Notes: generated from the letters alone by a model not told the origin. A DNA stretch of 64,000 nucleotides from Candidatus Enterousia avicola (GCA_018714345.1 DVNO01000021.1:4683-68682); one strand, 5' to 3'; positions 17,442 to 26,947 are shown, numbered from the stretch's first letter. Made by a program: numbers and translations.

Positions 17442-18878
17442 TTAATACGGAATATCCGGCAAATCCGAAATGTCATCGTCTGATAGTTCCGTCACACTAT
17501 TTTCGGCAAAAAATTGTTCTGCCCGTTTAAAGGCGACATTAAGTGTGTCGTCATTGTTGCCTTTGGCATCCGGCGTATCAGGATTATTGGTTTGCACTAG
17601 TGCGGATTCGGATGCATCATCTGCTGAATCCGTGACCCCGTTACACGCCACGCTAGACGCGTCCTGTGTTGTCACGGGGTCACATACAATTTGGGGTACA
17701 TAGCGTTCAAAGGCATCTGTAAATGCCGCGCGTGCATATCCGCGTTTTATTTTGTTGCCGATGCGGACCTGTTGGGGTCTGATATCAAAATCCCGCAGCA
17801 TACCAGCCAAGGTTATACTGGTTAACACCATTTTCCCATATTCTTTATCTGCCCATGGACGGGTTTCAAATTGATACAAGTGCCTTAATAATTCATCTGT
17901 TGCCAAGAAATCTGCACCCGTGTTTTCAAAAACCTGACTAATATCCGCCAATAATTGAATCGGTCGGGTTTCAACATCATCCGACATGGGACATAAACGC
18001 GCCGCAGCATGTGCTAATTCAGATACCAAATCAGGCGATATATGGTGCGCGATTGCGAATAATGGTTCCCAAATATCTGCCTTGCGACCATTCAGAAAAT
18101 TTGGCACATCTGGGAATATTTCGGATATCGCATTAACATTGTCCATCATATACCGCATACACATGCTTTGCAATTGTGTGGTCTGTGGCTTTACTAGACG
18201 CTCGCGCAGCTTTTCAACGCATCTGTCATGCGGACCAGCACGCCGCATAACAATGGTGATACTGCGATCCATTATTGTTGCGTCTCGGTTTCCAATGCCT
18301 GCAATTGCCATTGCACCATAACAATCAAATGTCTTGGTGGCATAATCATTTTTAGTTGCAATGGTACGCAATACTTTGCCGCCACGCTTATATCCTGCAT
18401 TCACAATTCCACGGATTTCATTATTTCCGTTAATATAGGTATCCGCCTCATCTATTAACAGCGTTGGATGCCAAGCCGCGATAGTGCGAAATATTCCGGA
18501 CGCGGTTATGCTGGATATATTTACAGGACTATATGTGGTCAATTCCAACAATTGCAACAACTGTGTTTTACCACATTGTGGGGCCGCAGATTTAATACAC
18601 AGACGTGGCGAATAATCAAATGCATTAACAGCATATGTATGCAACGCCCAGAAGGCCAAAACAATTGATGCCCCATCCGGCAAAACCAAATATCGTTCGT
18701 ATAGAGCACGCAATTTCTGGACCAATTCCAGCCCGTTCACGGGCTCATCCCAGGCATCCAGCATGGGTATGCCGGAATCTGGTTGATTTTTAGTTTCAGG
18801 ACGGTTAAAATAACCTTGAACATTTGGGGAATTAGTGGATGCCGCCGCCACAGTTCCCTTTTCTTTTTGCTCTACCAT
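17442..18878 (-). CDS. DUF3631-like P-loop protein (island replication/mobilisation candidate)
   Basis: 478 aa with Walker A-like APQCGKTQLL, Walker B-like TLLIDEADTYI and IVNAGYKRGG. From memory this resembles DUF3631 proteins of integrative elements and satellites. Acidic C-terminal tail. The start overlaps the upstream stop (TAATG). Confidence 0.55.
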   Translation of the reverse strand: MVEQKEKGTVAAASTNSPNVQGYFNRPETKNQPDSGIPMLDAWDEPVNGLELVQKLRALYERYLVLPDGASIVLAFWALHTYAVNAFDYSPRLCIKSAAPQCGKTQLLQLLELTTYSPVNISSITASGIFRTIAAWHPTLLIDEADTYINGNNEIRGIVNAGYKRGGKVLRTIATKNDYATKTFDCYGAMAIAGIGNRDATIMDRSITIVMRRAGPHDRCVEKLRERLVKPQTTQLQSMCMRYMMDNVNAISEIFPDVPNFLNGRKADIWEPLFAIAHHISPDLVSELAHAAARLCPMSDDVETRPIQLLADISQVFENTGADFLATDELLRHLYQFETRPWADKEYGKMVLTSITLAGMLRDFDIRPQQVRIGNKIKRGYARAAFTDAFERYVPQIVCDPVTTQDASSVACNGVTDSADDASESALVQTNNPDTPDAKGNNDDTLNVAFKRAEQFFAENSVTELSDDDISDLPDIPY

Positions 18879-19117
18879 TATTTACCTCCTTTGATTCTAC
18901 CGGTTGAACTGGGATTGGTTGCGACCCATTCAAAGAATTTGATTTCATCAATCAAAATCTTTGCACCGACCCGATGGATAACTTCCATATCGTTCAGCCC
19001 GTTAAACGGCGCATGGAAGATTAAATCCCGCAGCGACCCGACTGGGAACGCTGGGTGCTTTTTCGCGAATTGCGGCACGGTTAAGTACCGTGGAACATCT
19101 GGGTTAAAAACTGCCAT
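18878..19117 (-). CDS. small HTH DNA-binding protein, excisionase/AlpA-like (putative RDF)
   Basis: 79 aa with an HTH-like segment LTVPQFAKKHPAFPVGSLRDLIF. Its position (upstream of the replication-like gene, in an integrase island) is typical of Xis/AlpA. Confidence 0.5.
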   Translation of the reverse strand: MAVFNPDVPRYLTVPQFAKKHPAFPVGSLRDLIFHAPFNGLNDMEVIHRVGAKILIDEIKFFEWVATNPSSTGRIKGGK

Positions 19118-19266
19118 TTTTCACTCCTGTTTTTAAATTATTGAGTTTCAAGAGACATCGTTGTCGTCTATTGAATAATACAAATATAGGATTTGGCAGT
19201 GCTTAAAGCATCCTAGTTAGCGAAAACGCTTTTTAACGCCTACGATGCGCAAAAATCTGGGATTTT

Positions 19267-20118
19267 TTATTTAAAACCTTTTTTGAAACGCAAAATATTT
19301 TGACCGCGTTCCAACTTTAAACGCTTAACAAATTCGCTGGCTTTTTGGGGGCTGAGGCCAAAATCAGTCCTGATACGATCTTTTAATTGCAGAATACTAC
19401 TACAATCATCATATCTGCCACGATCATATTCATCAACGAACCATTTATATAATTCATCAAAATTCGTGTTTTTTTGGCGATGTTTGCCAGTTGCCTGATG
19501 ATGTGCGCGCGTTTCGATTTCATTTTTTGTTAAAACATGTAAAAATTCATTTGTCAGTATTCTTATTTGTTTAACAGAAACGCACGATACGGCCAATTCG
19601 CGGCAAATATACAACACTAGCGCAGAATAAAGAACTTCGGGATAAATCGGATTCTTTGACTCGATAAATTCAAAATCCTTTTTAAAAAATCTGCGTAAAT
19701 ATACTTTTAAACTTTTGGGAATCCATGTTGGCGACAAATCCGACATGCGCACACTGGTTGAATTTTTAATGTATGGTTCTGATTGTCGATGTTTATTAAT
19801 CAATTCTTCTGGCAAATGTTTGCGACATCCCATTTGCAAGATTGCACGCGATAGATACGGAAAGACTGTTATTGTATTGATATTAGCAATATCATCGGGA
19901 AATTCTGATTCTATTAAATAAAAACAACCCCTCAATAACTTATTTAATTTTATTATTTCCGAACGGGAAATGCTTGTATAGTCCTCTCTGCCAAACAATA
20001 TTCGGAAAGATAAGGACAATAATTTGCTGTAATACCGTTTATTATCCTGACAAAACACACCGCCCGAGGCAAAATCTGATTGTCGCAGTGGTGTATATTT
20101 AATCTGCACCATTGTCAC
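19267..20118 (-). CDS. hypothetical protein coupled to the integrase gene
   Basis: 283-aa ORF whose start overlaps the integrase 3' end by 20 nt. No motif recognised. Confidence 0.5.
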   Translation of the reverse strand: MTMVQIKYTPLRQSDFASGGVFCQDNKRYYSKLLSLSFRILFGREDYTSISRSEIIKLNKLLRGCFYLIESEFPDDIANINTITVFPYLSRAILQMGCRKHLPEELINKHRQSEPYIKNSTSVRMSDLSPTWIPKSLKVYLRRFFKKDFEFIESKNPIYPEVLYSALVLYICRELAVSCVSVKQIRILTNEFLHVLTKNEIETRAHHQATGKHRQKNTNFDELYKWFVDEYDRGRYDDCSSILQLKDRIRTDFGLSPQKASEFVKRLKLERGQNILRFKKGFK

Positions 20119-21166
20119 CCCCGAATATTTTTGCGTTCATGCTGGCAACGACACTGCTTTTATGCGCATCAGACAGGTGTGCATATCGCCGCACCATTGA
20201 CAATGTTTTATGCCCCAATACCGCCGCAATTTCATTGGGCGTTGCGCCATTCATGGCCAAATAACTGGCACAAGTATGCCGCAAATCATGAAAACGAAAA
20301 TCCGATAAGCCTGCCCGCTTGACCGCAGTGTTCCAACTGCGTTTTATGTCACATGGACCAGAATTGTTTTCATTTGGAAACACCCAAACATCTGATTTGC
20401 GGTTGTTATACAAATTACGCATTAACCCCAGCGCAGGCCCCGTTATAGGTACCCCACGCATTTCGCCATTTTTTGTATGTTCCAACACTGCCCAACCGCT
20501 TTTTAAGTCAACATCAGACCATTTTAGTGATAACAGTTCCATACGCCGCGCACCTGTTGAAATTGCCAAAATAATAATTGTATAAAGCGATTTATTACGC
20601 GATTCTTTGGCTGCATCCAGCAACCGTTCGCGTTCAATATCACTTAAATAACGAACGCGACCCCTGTTTTCGCGTTTGTGTTCAACACGCGACACCGGAT
20701 TAATATCAAGCCACCCCAATGATTTAACGCCATAGGATAACGCGCAACTGAGTGCCGCCAGATACCGATTTAATGTTGCAGGGCTTTTGGTCCGGCCACC
20801 ATACTTTATTTTTGCAATTTGGTTTAATGTGTGTGTTATAATGGCGGATGTCAATGAATGCAGTTTTACACCCTCAATAAATTTACGCCATTCTTCCAGT
20901 TGAAACTTTATATTACGCGCAGACCGCAATTCACATTCTGCCAAATGCGTTTCATATTCGTCAAACAATTCGCCGACAGTGCGGTTATATGCAGTCAAAT
21001 CAGGAATATGCTTTTGGTCACGCAATTCGTTTTCTGTTTTAATTGCCCATTCACGCGCCAATGTTTTACTGGAAAATGTGGCTGTGCGGATAAGGTTGCC
21101 CTCTACCCGAACACGCGCCCGATACTTGAAACCGTCTTTTGTCCTGCGTTTTTCAAAAGTTGCCAT
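20099..21166 (-). CDS. int: tyrosine recombinase / phage-type integrase
   Basis: 355 aa with catalytic residues in order: TGARRMEL (Arg), HDLRHTCAS (HxxR), LGH, RRYAH (Tyr). N-terminal SAM-like/arm-binding region. Confidence 0.92.
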   Translation of the reverse strand: MATFEKRRTKDGFKYRARVRVEGNLIRTATFSSKTLAREWAIKTENELRDQKHIPDLTAYNRTVGELFDEYETHLAECELRSARNIKFQLEEWRKFIEGVKLHSLTSAIITHTLNQIAKIKYGGRTKSPATLNRYLAALSCALSYGVKSLGWLDINPVSRVEHKRENRGRVRYLSDIERERLLDAAKESRNKSLYTIIILAISTGARRMELLSLKWSDVDLKSGWAVLEHTKNGEMRGVPITGPALGLMRNLYNNRKSDVWVFPNENNSGPCDIKRSWNTAVKRAGLSDFRFHDLRHTCASYLAMNGATPNEIAAVLGHKTLSMVRRYAHLSDAHKSSVVASMNAKIFGGDNGAD

Positions 21167-21302
21167 CTGTTGAATCCTGTTTTTCAGAGATAATACAACA
21201 ACTTACAGCAAATGTCAAAAACATACAACAGATTCACAATCTGTGGGACGGTATATAAAAAATACAATAAAATCAATAGGATACGCTTTTATAATATTGA
21301 AA

Positions 21303-21322
21303 ATGGTCCAAATTTGGTCCAG
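21303..21322. repeat. 20-bp motif atggtccaaatttggtccag (partner of 10893..10912)
   Basis: Exact inverted copy of the left-end motif, lying between int and attR. Additional tggac(a/c) half-sites follow at about 21366 and about 21437. Confidence 0.75.
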
Positions 21323-21530
21323 TTGTCTAAAATCAACATATAAAAATACTCGGAATTCTGACTGTTTGGACACAAAATCCACACACACAAATTATGTATA
21401 AATTTATTGCAAAGTATTGTAAAAAATGTCCCAGAAATGGACAGAACACATCAAAAAATGACAGAAATAACGCATAAAAACGCGACAAAACAGGGATTAA
21501 TCAAGGCACCAAATTGAGCCAATGTCAATG

Positions 21531-21575
21531 TTTGTAATCAGAGGGTCGTTGGTTCAAGTCCGACAACTGGCACCA
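21531..21575 (+). pseudogene. 3' half of chromosomal tRNA-Thr(UGU) (attR side)
   Basis: tttgtaatcagagggtcgttggttcaagtccgacaactggcacca comprises the anticodon loop/3' stem tcaga, variable loop, T-arm, acceptor 3' strand and CCA. It is complementary to the 5' half at 10738..10778. Confidence 0.85.
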
Positions 21576-21584
21576 GAATAAAAA

Positions 21585-21615
21585 AACGGGTTTCTAAGAA
21601 CCCGTTTATTTTTTA
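21585..21615. terminator. original tRNA-Thr terminator (bidirectional)
   Basis: 8-bp stem aacgggtt / aacccgtt with a 6-nt loop, an A-run before and a T-run after. Confidence 0.65.
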
Positions 21616-22122
21616 CTTTTTACCTTTCCCTTTTGACTTTTTTGTCTTGTTACGCCTTTTTGCAACAGGCTCTTCTTCTGCATCCATATCGTCATACTCT
21701 TCATAATCTGCATCAACCTTATTCATTTCGTCCAGAACTCTTTTCGCCTTTGGATTTTTATCTGCATATCTTTTTAAACCTACCATCAATGCAGCTGTTA
21801 TTAACTTTTCTAAATCCCCAGAAGATACACTTTCTGATACTCGTTCTTTCACATTTTCTGCAATATTTTTCATTGCATGTGTTGCTTTATAAAACAACGT
21901 ATGGCGACGACGAACATGGTCGATTATGTCCATTATCCACATGACTATTAAAAAAACTATCATCGGAACGGCAAAGCACATTATAAAATATTTAAAAACA
22001 TTTGCGTCACAAAATGAAACACCAAACATAGCATCACATACGCGCTGACTTTGTAACAAAATTACAACTAAGATTTCGTATAATGCAACAATGGTTAAAG
22101 TAATTTTGGCTTTTAAAAACAT
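21613..22122 (-). CDS. hypothetical membrane protein
   Basis: 169 aa with two N-terminal hydrophobic helices and an acidic then Lys-rich C-terminal tail. Confidence 0.5.
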   Translation of the reverse strand: MFLKAKITLTIVALYEILVVILLQSQRVCDAMFGVSFCDANVFKYFIMCFAVPMIVFLIVMWIMDIIDHVRRRHTLFYKATHAMKNIAENVKERVSESVSSGDLEKLITAALMVGLKRYADKNPKAKRVLDEMNKVDADYEEYDDMDAEEEPVAKRRNKTKKSKGKGKK

Positions 22123-22143
22123 GTTTTTCTCCTTTTTATGTTA

Positions 22144-22896
22144 TTAATCTTTCTGCCCAGGAATAAATCTTATTCCTAATAAAACAGACCAATCGTTCCG
22201 GTGCCAATCCCCAGCTATTCTTTTCCCAATTCTTGTCCAAACACCAGTCGTGCGATTTAACATCGTACCAACCTCGCCTTCGACCAAATATTCTACCCTG
22301 CCGTCTTCGTTATTTATCCATACCTGTGGGTCCAAAGCCGCCCACCAACCGTTATTTGATAAATACCCCATTAACAAACGGACCTGTGTCTGATTCGTGT
22401 CTTGGTATTTTTCTTTGTCCAGGTTATAAAGTGATATAAACTGCTTGCCAACCAGCGCCGTAAAAAAATTCGCACTAAAAGCGTACACATATGCCAAGGT
22501 CGGGTCAAAAGTATACTGCCGCGTTCCAAGCGTATCTGACGTTGCTGTAGGCAAAACAAATTCCGTGGCACCAATAATAACATTTCTTCCAAATCTATAT
22601 TGGGCACGACCACGCACCCTTAAATCGCCAATACCGGCGTCAGAAATACCGTAACCAGAAAAATGGCTTAATGGCAATTCAAAATTTATACCGAATGCTT
22701 TGTATAACTCTTTATCATATTTCAACCCCAATGTCGTGACAGACGGTTTCCCGTCTACATCCATAACATTCAAACTTGGCAATAATTCCATTTTTGTTAC
22801 GTTATCCGCTGGGTTTACACCTTTCACAGCACTATCAGCAAAAGAACAAACTGGTATCAAAGTTAATGTCCCAAAAACAATTAAAAATTTTTTCAT
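22144..22896 (-). CDS. putative outer-membrane beta-barrel protein
   Basis: The start is set at MKKFLIVFGTLTLIPVCSFA (signal peptide, RBS aggaga). Alternating beta-strand pattern with aromatic residues near the C-terminus. Confidence 0.5.
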   Translation of the reverse strand: MKKFLIVFGTLTLIPVCSFADSAVKGVNPADNVTKMELLPSLNVMDVDGKPSVTTLGLKYDKELYKAFGINFELPLSHFSGYGISDAGIGDLRVRGRAQYRFGRNVIIGATEFVLPTATSDTLGTRQYTFDPTLAYVYAFSANFFTALVGKQFISLYNLDKEKYQDTNQTQVRLLMGYLSNNGWWAALDPQVWINNEDGRVEYLVEGEVGTMLNRTTGVWTRIGKRIAGDWHRNDWSVLLGIRFIPGQKD

Positions 22897-23006
22897 GCAA
22901 AATTCTCCTGTCTTGTATACATTCTTTACTAAAAAGTAAAAAATGTCAGCAGGAACAAAAACCCGCCATAAAACTGGCGGGTTAATACTTTGCATTCCAT
23001 ATAAAA

Positions 23007-23822
23007 TTAATCTGATGTAACCGGCGCATCTTCACTGCCATATTCTGGGGCTTGTTCCGCCCCTGTTGCGCTTTCTGACGCAGCAGCATTTTCTGCTTCC
23101 TCCTCAGCTGCTGCGCGAGCCTCTTCAGCACGCGCCGCATTCTCTATCTGAAGTAATTGCTTTTCCAACGCTGTTCTTTCCGAAGACTTATACCCTGTTT
23201 CTGCGGCTTCATCAGTTTCTACTTCCGCATTATCTTTCGTATCTGACACAGCAGGATTTATCAAGTTATCAAATATTTCTTTAGATGCCTGCATCCCCGT
23301 CATATCACGAGCCAACAATTTGCTGCCTGGGCCTGGGAAGAACCACTCATCAAGCTTAACAGCCGTTAATTGCATAATTGGACGAGTACGTGCATTTTCC
23401 ACCCAAGGTGCTGGACGTGGTGCATCTGAATAATACCATAAAGCACACCAATAAACTATGCCCATAACGACTATACCACGTATAATTCCAAAGATTATTC
23501 CAAGTGTTCTATCCGTTACTTTCATAATGCTGTTTTGGATTTTTTCGCGCAAACGCTGGTTGAAGAAACCAACCAACATCAATATAACAAAAAATACTAT
23601 GAAGTATGATGCGACCAACGTACCCACAGTAGATTCGGATAAATCAAACCAGCCTTGTAATAATTTATCTAGCATTGGTGATATAAATCTTGCAGCAAAT
23701 GCGGCAATTACCCATGACAACGTAGCAACGGTTTCAAAGATACCACCACGAATACTTGCCCAAACCGTGGACGCAACTATCACACCAATGTAAATATAAT
23801 CCAACGTTGTTAAATCAAACAT
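23007..23822 (-). CDS. cvpA: CvpA family membrane protein with acidic C-terminal extension
   Basis: The N-terminal 4-TM region resembles CvpA (DYIYIGVIVASTVWASIRGGIFE...). The C-terminus is Ala/Glu-rich. Confidence 0.75.
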   Translation of the reverse strand: MFDLTTLDYIYIGVIVASTVWASIRGGIFETVATLSWVIAAFAARFISPMLDKLLQGWFDLSESTVGTLVASYFIVFFVILMLVGFFNQRLREKIQNSIMKVTDRTLGIIFGIIRGIVVMGIVYWCALWYYSDAPRPAPWVENARTRPIMQLTAVKLDEWFFPGPGSKLLARDMTGMQASKEIFDNLINPAVSDTKDNAEVETDEAAETGYKSSERTALEKQLLQIENAARAEEARAAAEEEAENAAASESATGAEQAPEYGSEDAPVTSD

Positions 23823-23841
23823 GCAATCTTCCTGTTACTTA

Positions 23842-24426
23842 TTATTTTTTCTCTTTCCGTACCAAAACAACACCCAATATCACAATAAGTGCAACTAGCA
23901 AAATGTAGAAGTAGATAGATGAATTCTGGTCAATTTTTTCATTTTTTTTTTCGTTTACTATTTCTTCTGATGAGGATTCGCTATATTCACTAACCGCCTT
24001 TTGACGATCTGCATGCTGTTTACGAAATTCATCTGGATTGGCTTCAAATGCTTTCTTATTGTCTGCCGCAATTTTCTTATCTTCTTCTGACAAATCTACT
24101 TCAACCGCGTCACGCAATTCCTGCTGCATAAAATCTGCATAACCTTGGAAGCATTTATCGCCAACAACTATAACAGGAACCCCACCGCTTTTATAATTAC
24201 ATTTTTCCAGAACTTCACGAAATTTTGGTAGATTGGTCTTATCCATAACATTTATCTGAACAACCCGCAAATTTGGATATTCGTAGACCATCTTATTTAC
24301 AAAAAACTCGCGCGCATGATGGCAATGCGGGCAAGATGGCGAATAGTACATCGCGATATCTGCAGCTGATGCGGCACCAAAACAAAAAATTCCTGCGATA
24401 AAACCTAAAATGGATAAGCGCTTCAT
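23842..24426 (-). CDS. thioredoxin-fold protein (CPHC), signal peptide plus C-terminal anchor
   Basis: The start is set at MKRLSILGFIAGIFCFGAASA (RBS aaggag). Redox motif YYSPSCPHCHHA. C-terminal TM segment IYFYILLVALIVILGVVLV. Confidence 0.6.
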   Translation of the reverse strand: MKRLSILGFIAGIFCFGAASAADIAMYYSPSCPHCHHAREFFVNKMVYEYPNLRVVQINVMDKTNLPKFREVLEKCNYKSGGVPVIVVGDKCFQGYADFMQQELRDAVEVDLSEEDKKIAADNKKAFEANPDEFRKQHADRQKAVSEYSESSSEEIVNEKKNEKIDQNSSIYFYILLVALIVILGVVLVRKEKK

Positions 24427-24575
24427 TATAAATCTCCTTTTCTTACCCCAGATTATAAAAACCTGACCCCACAGGTGCAAGCCATTTTTATCAATATAAT
24501 CAGAAAAAAATCTATTGTTTTTTTACCGTTAATACTCAAAATAGTATAAACAATATATAACAAAGGAGATTATAA

Positions 24576-25163
24576 ATGTTTTCTTTATCACAATTTCCAC
24601 TACAATTTGAAGAAACATCTTTAACCCCATATATGTCTGCCGAGACATTGCAATGTCACCATGGCAAGCATCTGGCGACATACATAAAAAACTTGAATGA
24701 TTTAATGCAAGGAACCGTATATGAAACATTGCCGTTGGATGAAATTATAGTAAAGTCAGCTTCTGATGAAACCGCAAAAAAAATATTTAACAATGCGGCC
24801 CAAGTTTTCAATCACGATTTCTTTTTTAGATGCCTAGCCAAAGATGACGGCAAAGAAATTCCAGAAGAGATTATAGCTGCGTTCGGCAGTAAAGATAAGC
24901 TCTTTTCAGAATTTAAGTCTGCCGCGGCCGGTGTATTTGGCAGTGGTTGGGCTTGGTTAGTTAAAGACTCCGATTCTATAAAAATTATGACAACAGCGAA
25001 CGCAGATACTCCGATAGCACACGGCATTAAACCACTATTAGCTTTAGATGTTTGGGAGCATGCTTACTATCTGGATTATCAAAATCGCCGTGTAGATTTT
25101 ATAGATGCATTTTTACAACACATGGTAAATTGGGAATTTGTAAAAGAAAATTTACAAAAATAA
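24576..25163 (+). CDS. sodB: Fe/Mn superoxide dismutase
   Basis: 195 aa with HHGKH, FNNAAQVFNHDFFF, GSGWAWL and DVWEHAYYLDYQNRR motifs. Confidence 0.9.
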   Translation: MFSLSQFPLQFEETSLTPYMSAETLQCHHGKHLATYIKNLNDLMQGTVYETLPLDEIIVKSASDETAKKIFNNAAQVFNHDFFFRCLAKDDGKEIPEEIIAAFGSKDKLFSEFKSAAAGVFGSGWAWLVKDSDSIKIMTTANADTPIAHGIKPLLALDVWEHAYYLDYQNRRVDFIDAFLQHMVNWEFVKENLQK

Positions 25164-25188
25164 AAATGGGGGTCTCCCCATTTTTTTA
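25164..25188. terminator. bidirectional terminator after sodB
   Basis: Hairpin atggggg-tc-tccccat followed by a T-run. Confidence 0.6.
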
Positions 25189-26577
25189 TTTTACATATCT
25201 ATCATATATTACCGGGGTCTTATTAATCGTATATATTCTGTCATTTATTTCCCGGTTATACCAAACATATAACACATTCACCACGTCATTTGTATCCCAA
25301 GGATTCGCCCAACCTATTACCTGACGTTGGGTATTATGTGGAAAGACCGTATGAAAGGTATTGTCAAAGACCTGTGAATAATCGTCACGGAAAGATTGAC
25401 TAGCTATTATATTCATTATTAAAATTCCGTCATTCGCAACACGAGATTTTACACGTTGCATGAACTCTGCCGTTATAAAGCCTTCTGGCACCTGAAAAGA
25501 ATTAGAATATACATCCAATAGTATTAAATCATACTTTTCTTTTGTGTTTTTTAGGTATTGACTTGCATCCTGAACAATAAACTTTTTATTTGGTGTCAAT
25601 GGCTTACCTAAAAAGTACTTCTCAGAAATTTCCTGCAAAGTATGTTCTATATCAACAAAAGTGTAATCATTGCGGGCATCTTCTAACCCTGCAGTAAAAC
25701 CACCAGCACCAAGCACCAGTATTTTATAAACTCTGTCAGTAGGTAATGTGTATATGAAGAGCCCATTTAAATAGTCAATATATTCTGCGTTTATATTTCT
25801 TCTTTGATTATGCACGGACATCGGCAAACCATTCATGTACAATATCCTTGTTCCATCTGTATGTTTTGTCACAGAAATCGTAGAGTTTGCATTATTTACC
25901 AAAATACCAAATTGCTTTCTTTGCACATAGTCACTATTAACAAAGACCGTTGGCACCAAAATAATTCCACACAACAATATTACCCACCATCTAGGCCGGG
26001 TAACTATTGCCGCAAAAGAAGCCAAAGATATTATTAGTATTACTGTATGATTTACCCCAACAAATGGCATTAAAAGTAACGTTGTTAACAACGAACCTAA
26101 AACGGAGCCAATTGTATCCCACGCCATAATGTTACCAGTATAATTAGTGTTGTATTTATGTAACAATCTTGATAGCAGGGTTGTGTTAAAACCAAATAAG
26201 AACGGTCCGACTGACAATAATAAGAATGAAAATATAAATGTCTGCAAAACGCTGGAAGTTATACCCCAATTATACAGCCATACGAAATAGTCAGCAACAA
26301 GTGGGAAGCTGGAAGCCAAGAATGCAAATAAAGCTATTACAATAAAACTAGAAGATAATATAGTTCTGATATTTTTAGTGCGTATTTTTTCAGATGACCC
26401 AAGGAAATACCCCAATGACATAAAACCTAAGAATATTCCCATTATGATACTTGTTATAACTGCACTAGAACCGACCCAAAAAGAAAGTTGTCGCAACACG
26501 ACCAATTCAAAAGAAAGACTTACATAACCATTCAAAAAAATTAAAAAGATTAACCAAATACGTAACTTACGAGACAT
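25186..26577 (-). CDS. fused polytopic membrane / spermidine synthase-like methyltransferase-fold protein
   Basis: 463 aa with about 7 N-terminal TM helices, then a Rossmann-like ILVLGAGGFTAG and DLILLDVYS. Confidence 0.55.
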   Translation of the reverse strand: MSRKLRIWLIFLIFLNGYVSLSFELVVLRQLSFWVGSSAVITSIIMGIFLGFMSLGYFLGSSEKIRTKNIRTILSSSFIVIALFAFLASSFPLVADYFVWLYNWGITSSVLQTFIFSFLLLSVGPFLFGFNTTLLSRLLHKYNTNYTGNIMAWDTIGSVLGSLLTTLLLMPFVGVNHTVILIISLASFAAIVTRPRWWVILLCGIILVPTVFVNSDYVQRKQFGILVNNANSTISVTKHTDGTRILYMNGLPMSVHNQRRNINAEYIDYLNGLFIYTLPTDRVYKILVLGAGGFTAGLEDARNDYTFVDIEHTLQEISEKYFLGKPLTPNKKFIVQDASQYLKNTKEKYDLILLDVYSNSFQVPEGFITAEFMQRVKSRVANDGILIMNIIASQSFRDDYSQVFDNTFHTVFPHNTQRQVIGWANPWDTNDVVNVLYVWYNREINDRIYTINKTPVIYDRYVK

Positions 26578-26644
26578 TCTTTTTCCCCCTGTCTAATACA
26601 AGGCGAATGCTAGTAAAAAAATATTTGCAGTTCAAGTGCGAAAA

Positions 26645-26947
26645 CTACCTTGTATGCAAAAAGCGAACATCGTCAAACTCGGGATATCTACTGAACATAG
26701 CCGTTGCAAATGGGCACATAGTTATAATTTTACATTTTTTCTTTCGTGCAAAATCTGCGGCCTGACGAACAAGATTTAAACCAACCTTTTCATTTCTGTA
26801 TTTTTCGGATACGCCCGTATAATCTATTATTATCTTATTTCCTCCGACACGAACAAACGTTATTTCACCAATATGATGACCATCGTAAGTCGCATAAAAA
26901 CCTTGACCGTTTGGGAAGATATCATAAGTGATTTTTTCATCCGTCAT
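26645..26947 (-). CDS. small GNAT-fold N-acetyltransferase (YjdJ-like)
   Basis: 100 aa. The pattern ...IIIDYTGVSEKYRNEKVGLNLVRQAADFARKKKCKIITMCPFA is typical of short GNAT proteins. Confidence 0.65.
   Translation of the reverse strand: MTDEKITYDIFPNGQGFYATYDGHHIGEITFVRVGGNKIIIDYTGVSEKYRNEKVGLNLVRQAADFARKKKCKIITMCPFATAMFSRYPEFDDVRFLHTR

Larger units (their letters stand above)
10769..21540. mobile_element. integrative genomic island (about 10.75 kb) inserted in tRNA-Thr(UGU)
   Basis: Exact 10-bp direct repeats tttgtaatca at 10769..10778 and 21531..21540 flank the tRNA halves. Tyrosine integrase sits at the right end, with an Xis-like HTH, a DUF3631-like protein and R-M cargo. Repeated ggtcca-N5-tggtcca motifs occur near both ends. 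Confidence 0.85.

Noticed and set aside
10738-21575. Possibility that the two tRNA-Thr halves represent a giant anticodon-loop intron or a trans-spliced split tRNA gene
   Set aside because: The intervening 10.75 kb carries a tyrosine integrase, is bounded by a 10-bp direct repeat, and has arm-type repeats and its own terminators. No group I/II intron-like structure or complementary leader sequences are seen next to the halves. Integrase-mediated insertion explains everything.
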